Below, piece by piece: positions 29,655-37,407 of a DNA stretch of 64,000 bases. The number at the start of each line of letters is the position of its first letter. The stretch's first letter is position 1. The translations under genes and the position numbers were made by a program. Under the pieces are notes generated by a model. It saw only the letters and a program-made list of their open reading frames with translations. It was not told the DNA's origin and made no database searches. This DNA is from an uncultured virus (IMG/VR IMGVR_UViG_3300020180_000001) (lineage: Duplodnaviria > Heunggongvirae > Uroviricota > Caudoviricetes), in IMG/VR virus record IMGVR_UViG_3300020180_000001; one strand, written 5' to 3'.

Positions 29655-29682
29655 AACTCGGGGCAATTCCGCCTCGGTTCAA
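29655..29682 (+). promoter_or_regulatory. Pre-gene hairpin motif, copy 2
   Basis: CTCGGGGCAATTCCGCCTCGGTTCAA, 18 nt before ATG 29701. Confidence 0.7.
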
Positions 29683-29700
29683 AATTAATTTTTAAATAAC

Positions 29701-30444
29701 ATGAACAATTTAATAGAATTCCAACAACAAGAAAACGGGTATATCGATTTTACCGTCGATCCTGCATACTATGGAACAGCAGCCTTACAACATGAGGCAC
29801 TGTATTATGCTGCAAACCCGATAGTGGGCGAGGAGCCACCCCTTAAAACGTGGGTAGCGCCCGACGTCAGAATAACAGAGACGCAGTTCGATGACACGAA
29901 CCACGCGGAGTGCCGCGTTGACGTGTATCCAAAAGAAGACGTAAAATCTGGCTGCCCTCCAGGGTGGTCTGTCGTTGTCATCGAGAGCAAGCAGTACGGG
30001 GATAAAGTGTATGACGAAGTCAAGGAGGTGTTGTACACGCATTTATTTGAAATGAAAGAGGGGGACGACCAGCCTCGAAAACTTAGAGTTTACGACAGTA
30101 TCACCGTCGACACAATGGAGACTGAAGAAGTCGCCCGTATTAGTGAGACGAAACAGGAACTTACGATCCAGGAGGCTTTCCTCCTATCGCTGTATTCCGA
30201 CGGATGCGTCCATGCGGCGGTCCACGAATTCGGGAAATTCCCAACATTTTTGTTAGGCAAAATAACCTCCTATACCGACCATGTGTTGTCTAACGACTTT
30301 TTAGTCGAAGACGAGGAGCAAACGCAGGAAAGGATTAATGCCGTCAACGCCGGAGCAGCACAGGCGGCTTCGGACTGGTCTGCTATGGCATACGCCGTGT
30401 TGGGAGAGGAGGACTTCCGGGGACTCTGCTATGAAATTAAGTAA
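29701..30444 (+). CDS. CPxGWS family paralogue 2
   Basis: NGYIDF...RVDVY...GCPPGWS...VKEVLYT; C-terminal LTIQEA domain. Confidence 0.75.
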   Translation: MNNLIEFQQQENGYIDFTVDPAYYGTAALQHEALYYAANPIVGEEPPLKTWVAPDVRITETQFDDTNHAECRVDVYPKEDVKSGCPPGWSVVVIESKQYGDKVYDEVKEVLYTHLFEMKEGDDQPRKLRVYDSITVDTMETEEVARISETKQELTIQEAFLLSLYSDGCVHAAVHEFGKFPTFLLGKITSYTDHVLSNDFLVEDEEQTQERINAVNAGAAQAASDWSAMAYAVLGEEDFRGLCYEIK

Positions 30445-30450
30445 GATAAA

Positions 30451-30490
30451 GTATCCTCGTAGACTTAGGTCTATGGGGATACTTTTTTTT
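30451..30490 (+). terminator. Terminator hairpin
   Basis: GTATCCTCGTAGAC-TTAG-GTCTATGGGGATAC followed by T8. Confidence 0.75.
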
Positions 30491-30497
30491 AAAATAG

Positions 30498-30525
30498 CCA
30501 CCTGAGCAAGTGTATAAACTGTTCA
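30498..30525 (+). ncRNA. Pseudoknot motif, copy 3
   Basis: CCAC-C-TGAGCA-A-GTGT-ATAAAC-TGTTCA. Confidence 0.6.
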
Positions 30526-30532
30526 ACCTTAA

Positions 30533-30558
30533 GCCACGGCAATTTCGCCTTGGTTCAA
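30533..30558 (+). promoter_or_regulatory. Pre-gene hairpin motif, copy 3
   Basis: GCCACGGCAATTTCGCCTTGGTTCAA. Confidence 0.7.
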
Positions 30559-30575
30559 AATTAATTTTTAAAAAA

Positions 30576-31514
30576 ATGGAAAAGGAAAAGGAAAAGGAAT
30601 TAATAACGTTCTACACACAGAAGAACGGGGTCATCGATTTTAAGGTAAGACGTGGCTACTATGCCGCTGCTTCCCTCAATGAAAATGATCAGAGCGAGAT
30701 AGTCTACGTGCCAAACGGCACACTCGTTGACCATGTGGCCGACGATTACATGACGATAGAACCGACGGCGACTAAATCACAAGAGTACACGAAGACACGC
30801 GTTGACGTGCACCGCAAAAGCACTGTAAAGGCAAACTGCCCGAAAGGGTGGTCGGCAGTATTGGTACAGCTTACGTGGTGTTACGGGGACGAATACGTCT
30901 CCATGAAAGTCAAAAGCGTACTTTTCACGCGCCCCTTTCAAATGAAAGAAGTGGCAGCATTCTTCCGCAAGGAAGGGATGTCTGCCAAAGAGGCTAAAGA
31001 ATTGTACGAGAAGGAAATGAATGTCATCAACATTCACCCGATGAGGGTGTTTGACGTACTTGAAGCATACGAAACAGTGTCCGCAGAACGGGCGATGAAT
31101 CAATATTTGACGTTTGAAGAGGCACTGTATGTGTCTCACGATCACTACACGCTGGTGTACTGCCAGCAACCCTTCCAATTCTTTGGTGCAGAAGATAGAT
31201 ACCCGGTCTTTTACCGGGGGGAACTTATCTGCACCGGAGAACTCCGGCAGAATGACAGTTTCCAGATTGTGCTTCCACCGCAGGAAAAGGTGGCTTTTGA
31301 ATGGTCTTCAGATGACCATAGGGTCGCAGTGCTTCAAATAACGGAGGAACAAATTAACGTGACCGATGACGAAGCCGGTGATGGCGATGAGGTCGCGTAC
31401 CTTCAAATAACGCAGGAAAGGAATGTGGCCAACGAAGCAGCCCAGGCTATGAACGAGGTTTACCTCCAATCGCACTATTTTGCTTGGTGTGCTGCAGGCG
31501 GTCTCGTAGACTGA
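30576..31514 (+). CDS. CPxGWS family paralogue 3
   Basis: Start moved to ATG 30576 (MEKEKE), after the motif; NCPKGWS; VYCQQPF...YPVF..GE. Confidence 0.75.
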   Translation: MEKEKEKELITFYTQKNGVIDFKVRRGYYAAASLNENDQSEIVYVPNGTLVDHVADDYMTIEPTATKSQEYTKTRVDVHRKSTVKANCPKGWSAVLVQLTWCYGDEYVSMKVKSVLFTRPFQMKEVAAFFRKEGMSAKEAKELYEKEMNVINIHPMRVFDVLEAYETVSAERAMNQYLTFEEALYVSHDHYTLVYCQQPFQFFGAEDRYPVFYRGELICTGELRQNDSFQIVLPPQEKVAFEWSSDDHRVAVLQITEEQINVTDDEAGDGDEVAYLQITQERNVANEAAQAMNEVYLQSHYFAWCAAGGLVD

Positions 31515-31549
31515 AGTCTATGGAAATGTTTTTTCTATACTGAATAGTA

Positions 31550-31573
31550 ACCCACGGCAATTACGCCTTGGGT
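31550..31573 (+). promoter_or_regulatory. Pre-gene hairpin motif, copy 4
   Basis: ACCCACGGCAATTACGCCTTGGGT. Confidence 0.7.
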
Positions 31574-31592
31574 AAAATTTAATTTTAACATA

Positions 31593-32288
31593 ATGCCAAA
31601 GACAGTAAAAAATGCAACCGCCACCCCATTTACCGTCAATCGTGGCTACTATGCCGTGGCGGCAGAAAATGAAGCAATCTATTACACTCCAAACCCGATA
31701 GTGGGCGAGGAGGCCGCACATAAGGTCTGGGTAGAACACGACCTCTCAATAGTAACAGAAGTGATTGGTGACGGCTATGACGCGGAGTGCCGAGTAAACG
31801 CGTATGAAAAAAAGTTCGTTAAGGCAAAGTGCCCGCAAGGGTGGTCGGCAGTTGTAATGCACGTCGAAGAGGTAGGAAATGATGTGATCGCCAAAGTGAA
31901 GCAGGTGTTGTACACCCGCCCATTACGGGTGGTGGATGACCTGGATATGCAGTGCCTAATTAGGTTCTTCCGCAGCGAGGGGATGTCCGTAAAGGTCGCG
32001 AACGCTACATTTCTTGAAGAACTGAAACACATATGCAAAACCCCGATGAGGGTGTTTGACGTATTCGAGTCGCATGAAAAGGTGCCCAAAGGACGGTGGA
32101 TGGATCCAAACCTATCAATACGGGAGGCACACTACGCGTCCCTGTGTCATAAACATCTGGTGTACTGCCAGGAACCATTTAGGTTCTTTTGGAAGACAGA
32201 ATACCCGGTCTTTTTCATGGGAGAGATCTTGCGCACCGTTGAACAACTCCGTCAGAATGACACGTTCAGAATTGCGCTGCCGCAATAA
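31593..32288 (+). CDS. CPxGWS family paralogue 4
   Basis: RGYYA...KCPQGWS...VKQVLYT; VYCQEPF...YPVFFMGE. Confidence 0.75.
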   Translation: MPKTVKNATATPFTVNRGYYAVAAENEAIYYTPNPIVGEEAAHKVWVEHDLSIVTEVIGDGYDAECRVNAYEKKFVKAKCPQGWSAVVMHVEEVGNDVIAKVKQVLYTRPLRVVDDLDMQCLIRFFRSEGMSVKVANATFLEELKHICKTPMRVFDVFESHEKVPKGRWMDPNLSIREAHYASLCHKHLVYCQEPFRFFWKTEYPVFFMGEILRTVEQLRQNDTFRIALPQ

Positions 32289-32311
32289 CCCACGGTAATA
32301 CCGCCTTGGGT
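32288..32311 (+). promoter_or_regulatory. Pre-gene hairpin motif, copy 5
   Basis: ACCCACGGTAATACCGCCTTGGGT. Confidence 0.7.
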
Positions 32312-32332
32312 AAAATATTAAAATAGTAAAGC

Positions 32333-32959
32333 ATGAAAAAGAATTCGTTGTACATAACGTATGGGGTCACACAACTACTGTACGTGCGGGTAAAGGATCA
32401 AATTATATGCAACGAGCCAATACCCGTACAAGCCTCTTGCATGACCCTCGAGCAGGGTTGCGACAACAAGAGGATACGAACGTACGATAAGAAGAAGGTT
32501 GTTGCAGGATGCCCAAAAGAATGGTCCGTGGCACTATGCCTGTGGATAGGACCCGGGACCTCCTGCGACATAATAGAAATCCTGCACAAGCCTGCAGAGA
32601 CGTTGGCAGAGATGCCTATGCAGTACATCCGAAGGTTCCTCACAAAAAGGCCCAACATGTCTGCGGCGAAACAAAATCAACTGTTTCGTAAAGAGGTCAA
32701 ATACCTGTCCGCCTTCAAAGTACGCATATTAGAAATTGTAGGCTCCGACGAGGAACTGACTATTGCCCGGGAGGTGATAAAACTCACCATTGAGGAGGCA
32801 TGCAACGTGTCCATGACATCTGACATGCTGGTGTATTCCTCCCAAGCATTTAAGATGTTTGGAACGGAGGCGGCAAGATATCCCGTCTTTCGTGGAGGGG
32901 AGATTCAATACCTGAGTAGTCGCGACAGGCCCAATCCCTTCGACGTTGTAATGGTGTAA
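32333..32959 (+). CDS. CPxGWS family paralogue 5
   Basis: GCPKEWSVALC; PMQYIRRF; LTIEEA; YPVFRGGEI. Confidence 0.75.
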   Translation: MKKNSLYITYGVTQLLYVRVKDQIICNEPIPVQASCMTLEQGCDNKRIRTYDKKKVVAGCPKEWSVALCLWIGPGTSCDIIEILHKPAETLAEMPMQYIRRFLTKRPNMSAAKQNQLFRKEVKYLSAFKVRILEIVGSDEELTIAREVIKLTIEEACNVSMTSDMLVYSSQAFKMFGTEAARYPVFRGGEIQYLSSRDRPNPFDVVMV

Positions 32960-32976
32960 TTATATAAGATTAAAGC

Positions 32977-33003
32977 GGCCACGGCAATTCCGCCTTGGTT
33001 CAA
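32977..33003 (+). promoter_or_regulatory. Pre-gene hairpin motif, copy 6
   Basis: GGCCACGGCAATTCCGCCTTGGTTCAA. Confidence 0.7.
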
Positions 33004-33021
33004 ATTTAAAAATTTTAAAAC

Positions 33022-33729
33022 ATGAAACGAATAGTAAAATTCTACGAGCAGGAAGAGGGGTATATCGATTTTGATACCCCCCGCAAGTACTATGTCGAAG
33101 TCACAACCGGAATAGCAGATAAGAAGGGAGACGTCCTGCTATTGTACGTCCTTGGGGGTGATATAGGGAGTGAAGTAAAAATGTGTACCCTCGTGGGCCA
33201 ACCCGTACATACGGCGATGAATGAGCAATCTTACGGGCATGAAAAATGCTGGGTAAGATTATTTCTTCATGAGAAGGCCGGGATACATAAGTACTGCCCT
33301 GAAGGATGGTCCGTGGCGCTGTGCCGGTGGAGGATCTCTCGAAACATAAAAGATCTGCAGATAACTCGGATCTTGTACGAGAAGAAAGTACCGCTAAGGA
33401 AACTGCCAATGCAGTACATCCGAAAGTACTTCGCTGAACGTACCTGGCTGCCCTCAAGCGATATACATGATTACTTCCGTAGGGAGGTCAAATTATTGAC
33501 GGGCCAACCCGTACGTTCATTAAGGATTTGCAACGAGGGATCGGACAAGATAGAACTGTCTATCCAGGAGGCGTACAACCTATCCTTGCAAACCCCGGAG
33601 CATGTACACTCTTCCCAAGGATTCTCCACCTTTTTTTCGGGCGAGGGAAACTACCCCACTTTTCAACAAGGGGAGATTATCTTTTTGGGGGTCGAACAGA
33701 GAAACGTTTTTAACGTGGAAATAATATGA
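33022..33729 (+). CDS. CPxGWS family paralogue 6
   Basis: EGYIDF; YCPEGWSVALCRW; PMQYIRKY; LSIQEA; YPTFQQGEI. Confidence 0.75.
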   Translation: MKRIVKFYEQEEGYIDFDTPRKYYVEVTTGIADKKGDVLLLYVLGGDIGSEVKMCTLVGQPVHTAMNEQSYGHEKCWVRLFLHEKAGIHKYCPEGWSVALCRWRISRNIKDLQITRILYEKKVPLRKLPMQYIRKYFAERTWLPSSDIHDYFRREVKLLTGQPVRSLRICNEGSDKIELSIQEAYNLSLQTPEHVHSSQGFSTFFSGEGNYPTFQQGEIIFLGVEQRNVFNVEII

Positions 33730-34145
33730 AGAAGAAGCAACGAAGGATCAAATTTTTACCTCTCGTCAATGGGATTATTGAAGTTGAGGTAAATACGGAG
33801 GAATACTACTACTCCACGGTGTCAGGAACGGGAATCGTTACTGAACATCATGAAATATTCTATCTCCCAACAGGGGTAGTTTCTGAGGAGGATGTAGCGA
33901 AGTATTTAAAGGCAGTTGAACCATCCGAGGTAAGGACTAAGCGCCAAAATTACAAAGGTGTTAAGTACTCCGTCAAAGTTAGCCTATTCCCGAAAAAGGA
34001 TGTTGAGGCAAACTGCCCGCAAGGTCACGAAATAGTACTCTGCCGATGGGAAATTAATGGTGGTTACTACGAAGTCCTCAGAATTTTATACACGAAGAAT
34101 GGCAATAATGCCAAAATAAAAATAAAACAAAATACTTATGTTTAA
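33726..34145 (+). CDS. CPxGWS family paralogue 7 (N-terminal domain only)
   Basis: NGIIE; NCPQGHEIVLCRW; RILYT; ATGA overlap with the previous gene. Confidence 0.7.
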   Translation: MKKKQRRIKFLPLVNGIIEVEVNTEEYYYSTVSGTGIVTEHHEIFYLPTGVVSEEDVAKYLKAVEPSEVRTKRQNYKGVKYSVKVSLFPKKDVEANCPQGHEIVLCRWEINGGYYEVLRILYTKNGNNAKIKIKQNTYV

Positions 34146-34377
34146 AATAACTTTATTCCTTATACTATCGCAAGGGATTACCGACCAGCATGGTAACAAC
34201 TTGTCGATGAGAGACAACGTAGTCATCTTCACCCCCAAAGTGGGCGAAGCGATGTACCTTCCCAATCCCCAAGGGGTAAGTTACTTCGACGGAAGTTGGG
34301 GAGTGTTTATAAGATCTTCAACACCCTTCGTCCATATCGACGGGGCTGGAATTTATGCAGTATCGGGTCAAAAGTGA
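34138..34377 (+). CDS. Hypothetical protein
   Basis: ORF track; overlaps the previous gene's stop. Confidence 0.45.
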   Translation: MFKITLFLILSQGITDQHGNNLSMRDNVVIFTPKVGEAMYLPNPQGVSYFDGSWGVFIRSSTPFVHIDGAGIYAVSGQK

Positions 34378-34424
34378 TCTGGAATTTATACATTATCGGA
34401 TCAAAAGTGATCTGGTAATAATTA

Positions 34425-34688
34425 AGCGGGCGTTTAGTACCTTTCCCAGTCGTAAGATTGGGAAGGGTTTTTATACCTCGAGAAGAGGTAGTATCTGCCT
34501 GGTGGCTACGATGGGTTCGATTCCCATAGATGCACGATAATATAGTGCCGGCCATGCTACTCATCCCTATCAAAAGAGATGGGGAGAGTAATTGCAAAAT
34601 GGATAGGCGATCTCCTCATGGTCGGGATCGGCCTATCCAACCTTTTAAGCCCCTAATGGTAAGACAAGTTCGACTCTTGTAAGGGGTA
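34425..34688 (+). ncRNA. Structured RNA cluster containing two truncated tRNA-like T-arm elements
   Basis: GTAA-loop hairpin ~34440-34466; GTATCT..ATGGG-TTCGATT-CCCAT-AGATGC (34491-34534); GCCCCT..ACAAG-TTCGACT-CTTGT.AGGGGT (34649-34688); further long stems between them. Confidence 0.55.
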
Positions 34689-34691
34689 CTT

Positions 34692-34718
34692 ACCCAAGGT
34701 AATTCCGCCTTGGTTCAA
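34692..34718 (+). promoter_or_regulatory. Pre-gene hairpin motif, copy 7
   Basis: ACCCAAGGTAATTCCGCCTTGGTTCAA before ATG 34735. Confidence 0.7.
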
Positions 34719-34734
34719 ATTAATTTTTAAAAAA

Positions 34735-34917
34735 ATGATAGACATTGATAGTCTAATTGAGAGTGTGGCCAAAGCAAAGAGGCCTCTCACCACAAAAGCG
34801 TACAAGACTTTGTTGGAAAACAAGAAGGAGGTACAGAAGTGGATTTTAACTGCCACTGCTACTCAGGAGAATAGGATTAAAACTATATTCCCAAACGCTT
34901 CTGAGATATGGACCTGA
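34735..34917 (+). CDS. Hypothetical protein
   Basis: ORF directly after the conserved motif. Confidence 0.55.
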   Translation: MIDIDSLIESVAKAKRPLTTKAYKTLLENKKEVQKWILTATATQENRIKTIFPNASEIWT

Positions 34918-35483
34918 TGCTCCAGGGGTTCATAACCAACAATTTTAGGAGATGGACTACCACTCAATTCAATCAGTACAGCAGAGTGTTGGGAAAGAGG
35001 CTGTACCTCGGGATTGAATTGGAACTGGCAGGTGTCCAAAGTAGCGCAAGCCCCCCGAAAGGGTGGGAAAAATGCTTTAATACTGATGAGTTGGAGATAT
35101 CTAAGATATACTCCACGAAAAACCCTATCGAACTACGAAAGCAGATCGAGGAGGATTGGATTTTTCTCAACAAGACCTATGGTGCCAAATCCATGCTGGG
35201 CTCCATGCACATCAATTTTGTGACAGAAGTGCATGGAACGTTACAGAACCACACGAAGTGGCTGAAATACTGGGGGTGGCACCGAGACTTCGTTGTCATG
35301 CCTGAACAAGGAGGAGAAGGAAATGGGAGGATAGAGCAGACAGGCTTTAGCAATAGTCTGTATCCTGAAGACATTGCCTTTCAATTTCTCGAGTCTTCCC
35401 TGAGGCTGAATGCCATGCAGTCAAACACCAAGAAGGTGGAAATTAAAATGCCCTGCAACCTGATATTTTCTGTAGTGGGGTAA
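34908..35483 (+). CDS. Putative amidoligase (COOH-NH2 ligase-like) protein
   Basis: LGIELE...LEIS...GSMHINF...RIE pattern. Confidence 0.45.
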   Translation: MDLMLQGFITNNFRRWTTTQFNQYSRVLGKRLYLGIELELAGVQSSASPPKGWEKCFNTDELEISKIYSTKNPIELRKQIEEDWIFLNKTYGAKSMLGSMHINFVTEVHGTLQNHTKWLKYWGWHRDFVVMPEQGGEGNGRIEQTGFSNSLYPEDIAFQFLESSLRLNAMQSNTKKVEIKMPCNLIFSVVG

Positions 35484-35509
35484 TTATATCACATAAAATA
35501 AACAAAAAA

Positions 35510-36169
35510 ATGTATAGCACACTTGTATCTTTGAAAGAAATCTTGGCTTGTTATGATAAAATCGAACAACCTGCAAGACATCTCTACGCCCATTATCCTG
35601 AAAATATGGACTTCAAGATTGGGTTGGCCTTTTCGTATTTAAAAATTACGAGGGAGTACATCGCGATGTTCGATCTGACCAACGCGTTGGCTTCTTTTAA
35701 AGAAATGTCCAGATTGTTTGTAGAACGCTTCGACGTCTATAGTACAAACCCGTTTTTCAAACACAAAGAAGCCGGTCCCTACTCAGAAGTTCGGACGTAC
35801 AAGTCGTTGGGAACTATGGAAGAAACGTTTGCTTCTATTGAAAAAGACGTCCTGAGTTTAATAGAGTCCTACGACGATCCTAAAAGTGACCACCTCAAAA
35901 AGGAATTGGTAATCGGCTACTTAAAACTCGGTGAGATGCAGACCGAAATGGGAAATCCGAACAAGGCGTTGGAATTTTATGGAAGGGCCACTGAGTTGAT
36001 GGAAATTCTCTACGCCAAATATCCTGAAAATATCAACTTCAAGATTGGGTTGGCCTTTTTGTTTCAACGTCTTGGCGATACACACAAGGCGATAGGAAAT
36101 CGACACAATGCGTTGCCTTGTTATAAAAGAGACATCGAGATTTCAATAGAACTCTCGATGAACGTCTAA
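35510..36169 (+). CDS. TPR-repeat protein
   Basis: Duplicated YPEN.[DN]FKIGLAF; YLKLGE...GNPNKALEFY; RLGD...GNRHNAL. Confidence 0.75.
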   Translation: MYSTLVSLKEILACYDKIEQPARHLYAHYPENMDFKIGLAFSYLKITREYIAMFDLTNALASFKEMSRLFVERFDVYSTNPFFKHKEAGPYSEVRTYKSLGTMEETFASIEKDVLSLIESYDDPKSDHLKKELVIGYLKLGEMQTEMGNPNKALEFYGRATELMEILYAKYPENINFKIGLAFLFQRLGDTHKAIGNRHNALPCYKRDIEISIELSMNV

Positions 36170-36246
36170 CCGACGTTAAACTTTAGTCAGGCTTCTGCGA
36201 AGAGGATCACTCCGCTTTGGCGGGGGAAGTGTTTCCTGATGACCCT

Positions 36247-36281
36247 GGAAGGAATGCAATCTGTGTTCCTTCTTGATTTTT
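36247..36281 (+). terminator. Probable terminator at the end of a structured intergenic region
   Basis: GAAGGAATGCA-ATC-TGTGTTCCTTC-TTGATTTTT. Confidence 0.5.
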
Positions 36282-36305
36282 AACCTTTTAAAATAAAATT
36301 AATAT

Positions 36306-37100
36306 ATGTCAAAAGAAGTGCAGAGGGTAGATGCAAGTCCAGGACCTTCTTACGGAATGTTGTGCTCCATAGTGAAGCAGAAGATTACATATCGAATGAC
36401 CAGTTGGTGCGATGAGATGAGGGAGGAGTGGCCGTACATAGGTGTTATAGTCGTCTTAGTCTTATTTAGGATGGTACTTGAAATGGATTGCGATGAACTT
36501 CCAAAACTCCCTCCGACCACGAAGGGAGTGTCATTGGATTGGCCACACGTCCGCACGAAGAAGACTGGAGTGACTACCACTAAGAATGAGGCTGCTCCGG
36601 ACAACGTTAAACAACTCCCTAAGAATGAGGCTGCTCCGGTCAGTGCTGGCCAACTCACCGAGGCCATGACATTGGCTTATATCAACCGGTTCCATGAAAC
36701 TGCCCGACAAGAAATGAAGATTTACGGTATTCCGGCCAGTATCAGCCTCGCACAGGGCATCGTGGAAAGTAGGGCTGGTGACAGCAGATTGGCGCTCAAC
36801 AACAACAACCATTTTGGCATCAAGTGCTTTTCGCGTCGTTGCCGAAAAGGGCACTGCTCCAATTTTACGGATGACTCGCACAAAGATTTTTTCCGAAAAT
36901 TTAAGTCTCCCTGGGAAAGTTGGAGGGCACACAGCCAATTGCTTGCATCAGGCAGGTACGCTAAACTCAAGTGCTATGGTCGAGACTACCGTCAGTGGGC
37001 TCATGGGTTGAAATCGGTCGGGTACGCCACTGATCCGAATTACGCCGAAAAACTGATCGGCGTGATCAAACTGTATGACTTAGACCAGTACGATCAATGA
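36306..37100 (+). CDS. GH73 glucosaminidase (FlgJ-type peptidoglycan hydrolase) with N-terminal TM
   Basis: IPASISLAQGIVES, NNHFGIKC, GYATDPNYA. Confidence 0.9.
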   Translation: MSKEVQRVDASPGPSYGMLCSIVKQKITYRMTSWCDEMREEWPYIGVIVVLVLFRMVLEMDCDELPKLPPTTKGVSLDWPHVRTKKTGVTTTKNEAAPDNVKQLPKNEAAPVSAGQLTEAMTLAYINRFHETARQEMKIYGIPASISLAQGIVESRAGDSRLALNNNNHFGIKCFSRRCRKGHCSNFTDDSHKDFFRKFKSPWESWRAHSQLLASGRYAKLKCYGRDYRQWAHGLKSVGYATDPNYAEKLIGVIKLYDLDQYDQ

Positions 37101-37351
37101 CGTGGGCATTATTACTGGTACTGTACCTCCTTACGAAGGTGGATAACGTGCCACGGAAAACCTCCGGCAGACCCCGGAGCAAGTTACCTGTTGGGAAACC
37201 TATTAGGTTACCTGTTAGTAGGCAACTACAAGAAGTGGGTACCATAATTATAAGAGAGGCCTCATTAAAAGAAGCCATTGCCTTGAGAAAACCTTATAAA
37301 TGGTTTGTATCGTGGGCAGATGGCAAGGCCCATATTTATAGGTACCGGTAG
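37097..37351 (+). CDS. Hypothetical protein
   Basis: ATGA overlap with the GH73 gene. Confidence 0.45.
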   Translation: MTWALLLVLYLLTKVDNVPRKTSGRPRSKLPVGKPIRLPVSRQLQEVGTIIIREASLKEAIALRKPYKWFVSWADGKAHIYRYR

Positions 37352-37406
37352 CGCTGATGGTCTCCTCAAAAGAGAGGGGGACGAGGTTCGATTCCTCGGA
37401 GCGCAC
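37348..37406 (+). ncRNA. D-arm-less tRNA-like element (CAA anticodon-like loop)
   Basis: GCGCT/AGCGC stem, TCTC-CTCAAAA-GAGA arm, CGAGG-TTCGATT-CCTCG T-arm. Confidence 0.5.
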
Positions 37407-37407
37407 T

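Noticed and set aside
36196..36275. Hammerhead ribozyme (CTGATGA at ~36236)
   Set aside because: No GAAA after a stem II and no stem III or cleavage triplet; CCTGA pairs with upstream TCAGG in an ordinary hairpin.
37348..37406. Functional tRNA-Leu(CAA)
   Set aside because: No D-arm, a short acceptor stem, no long variable arm and no encoded CCA; kept only as tRNA-like.
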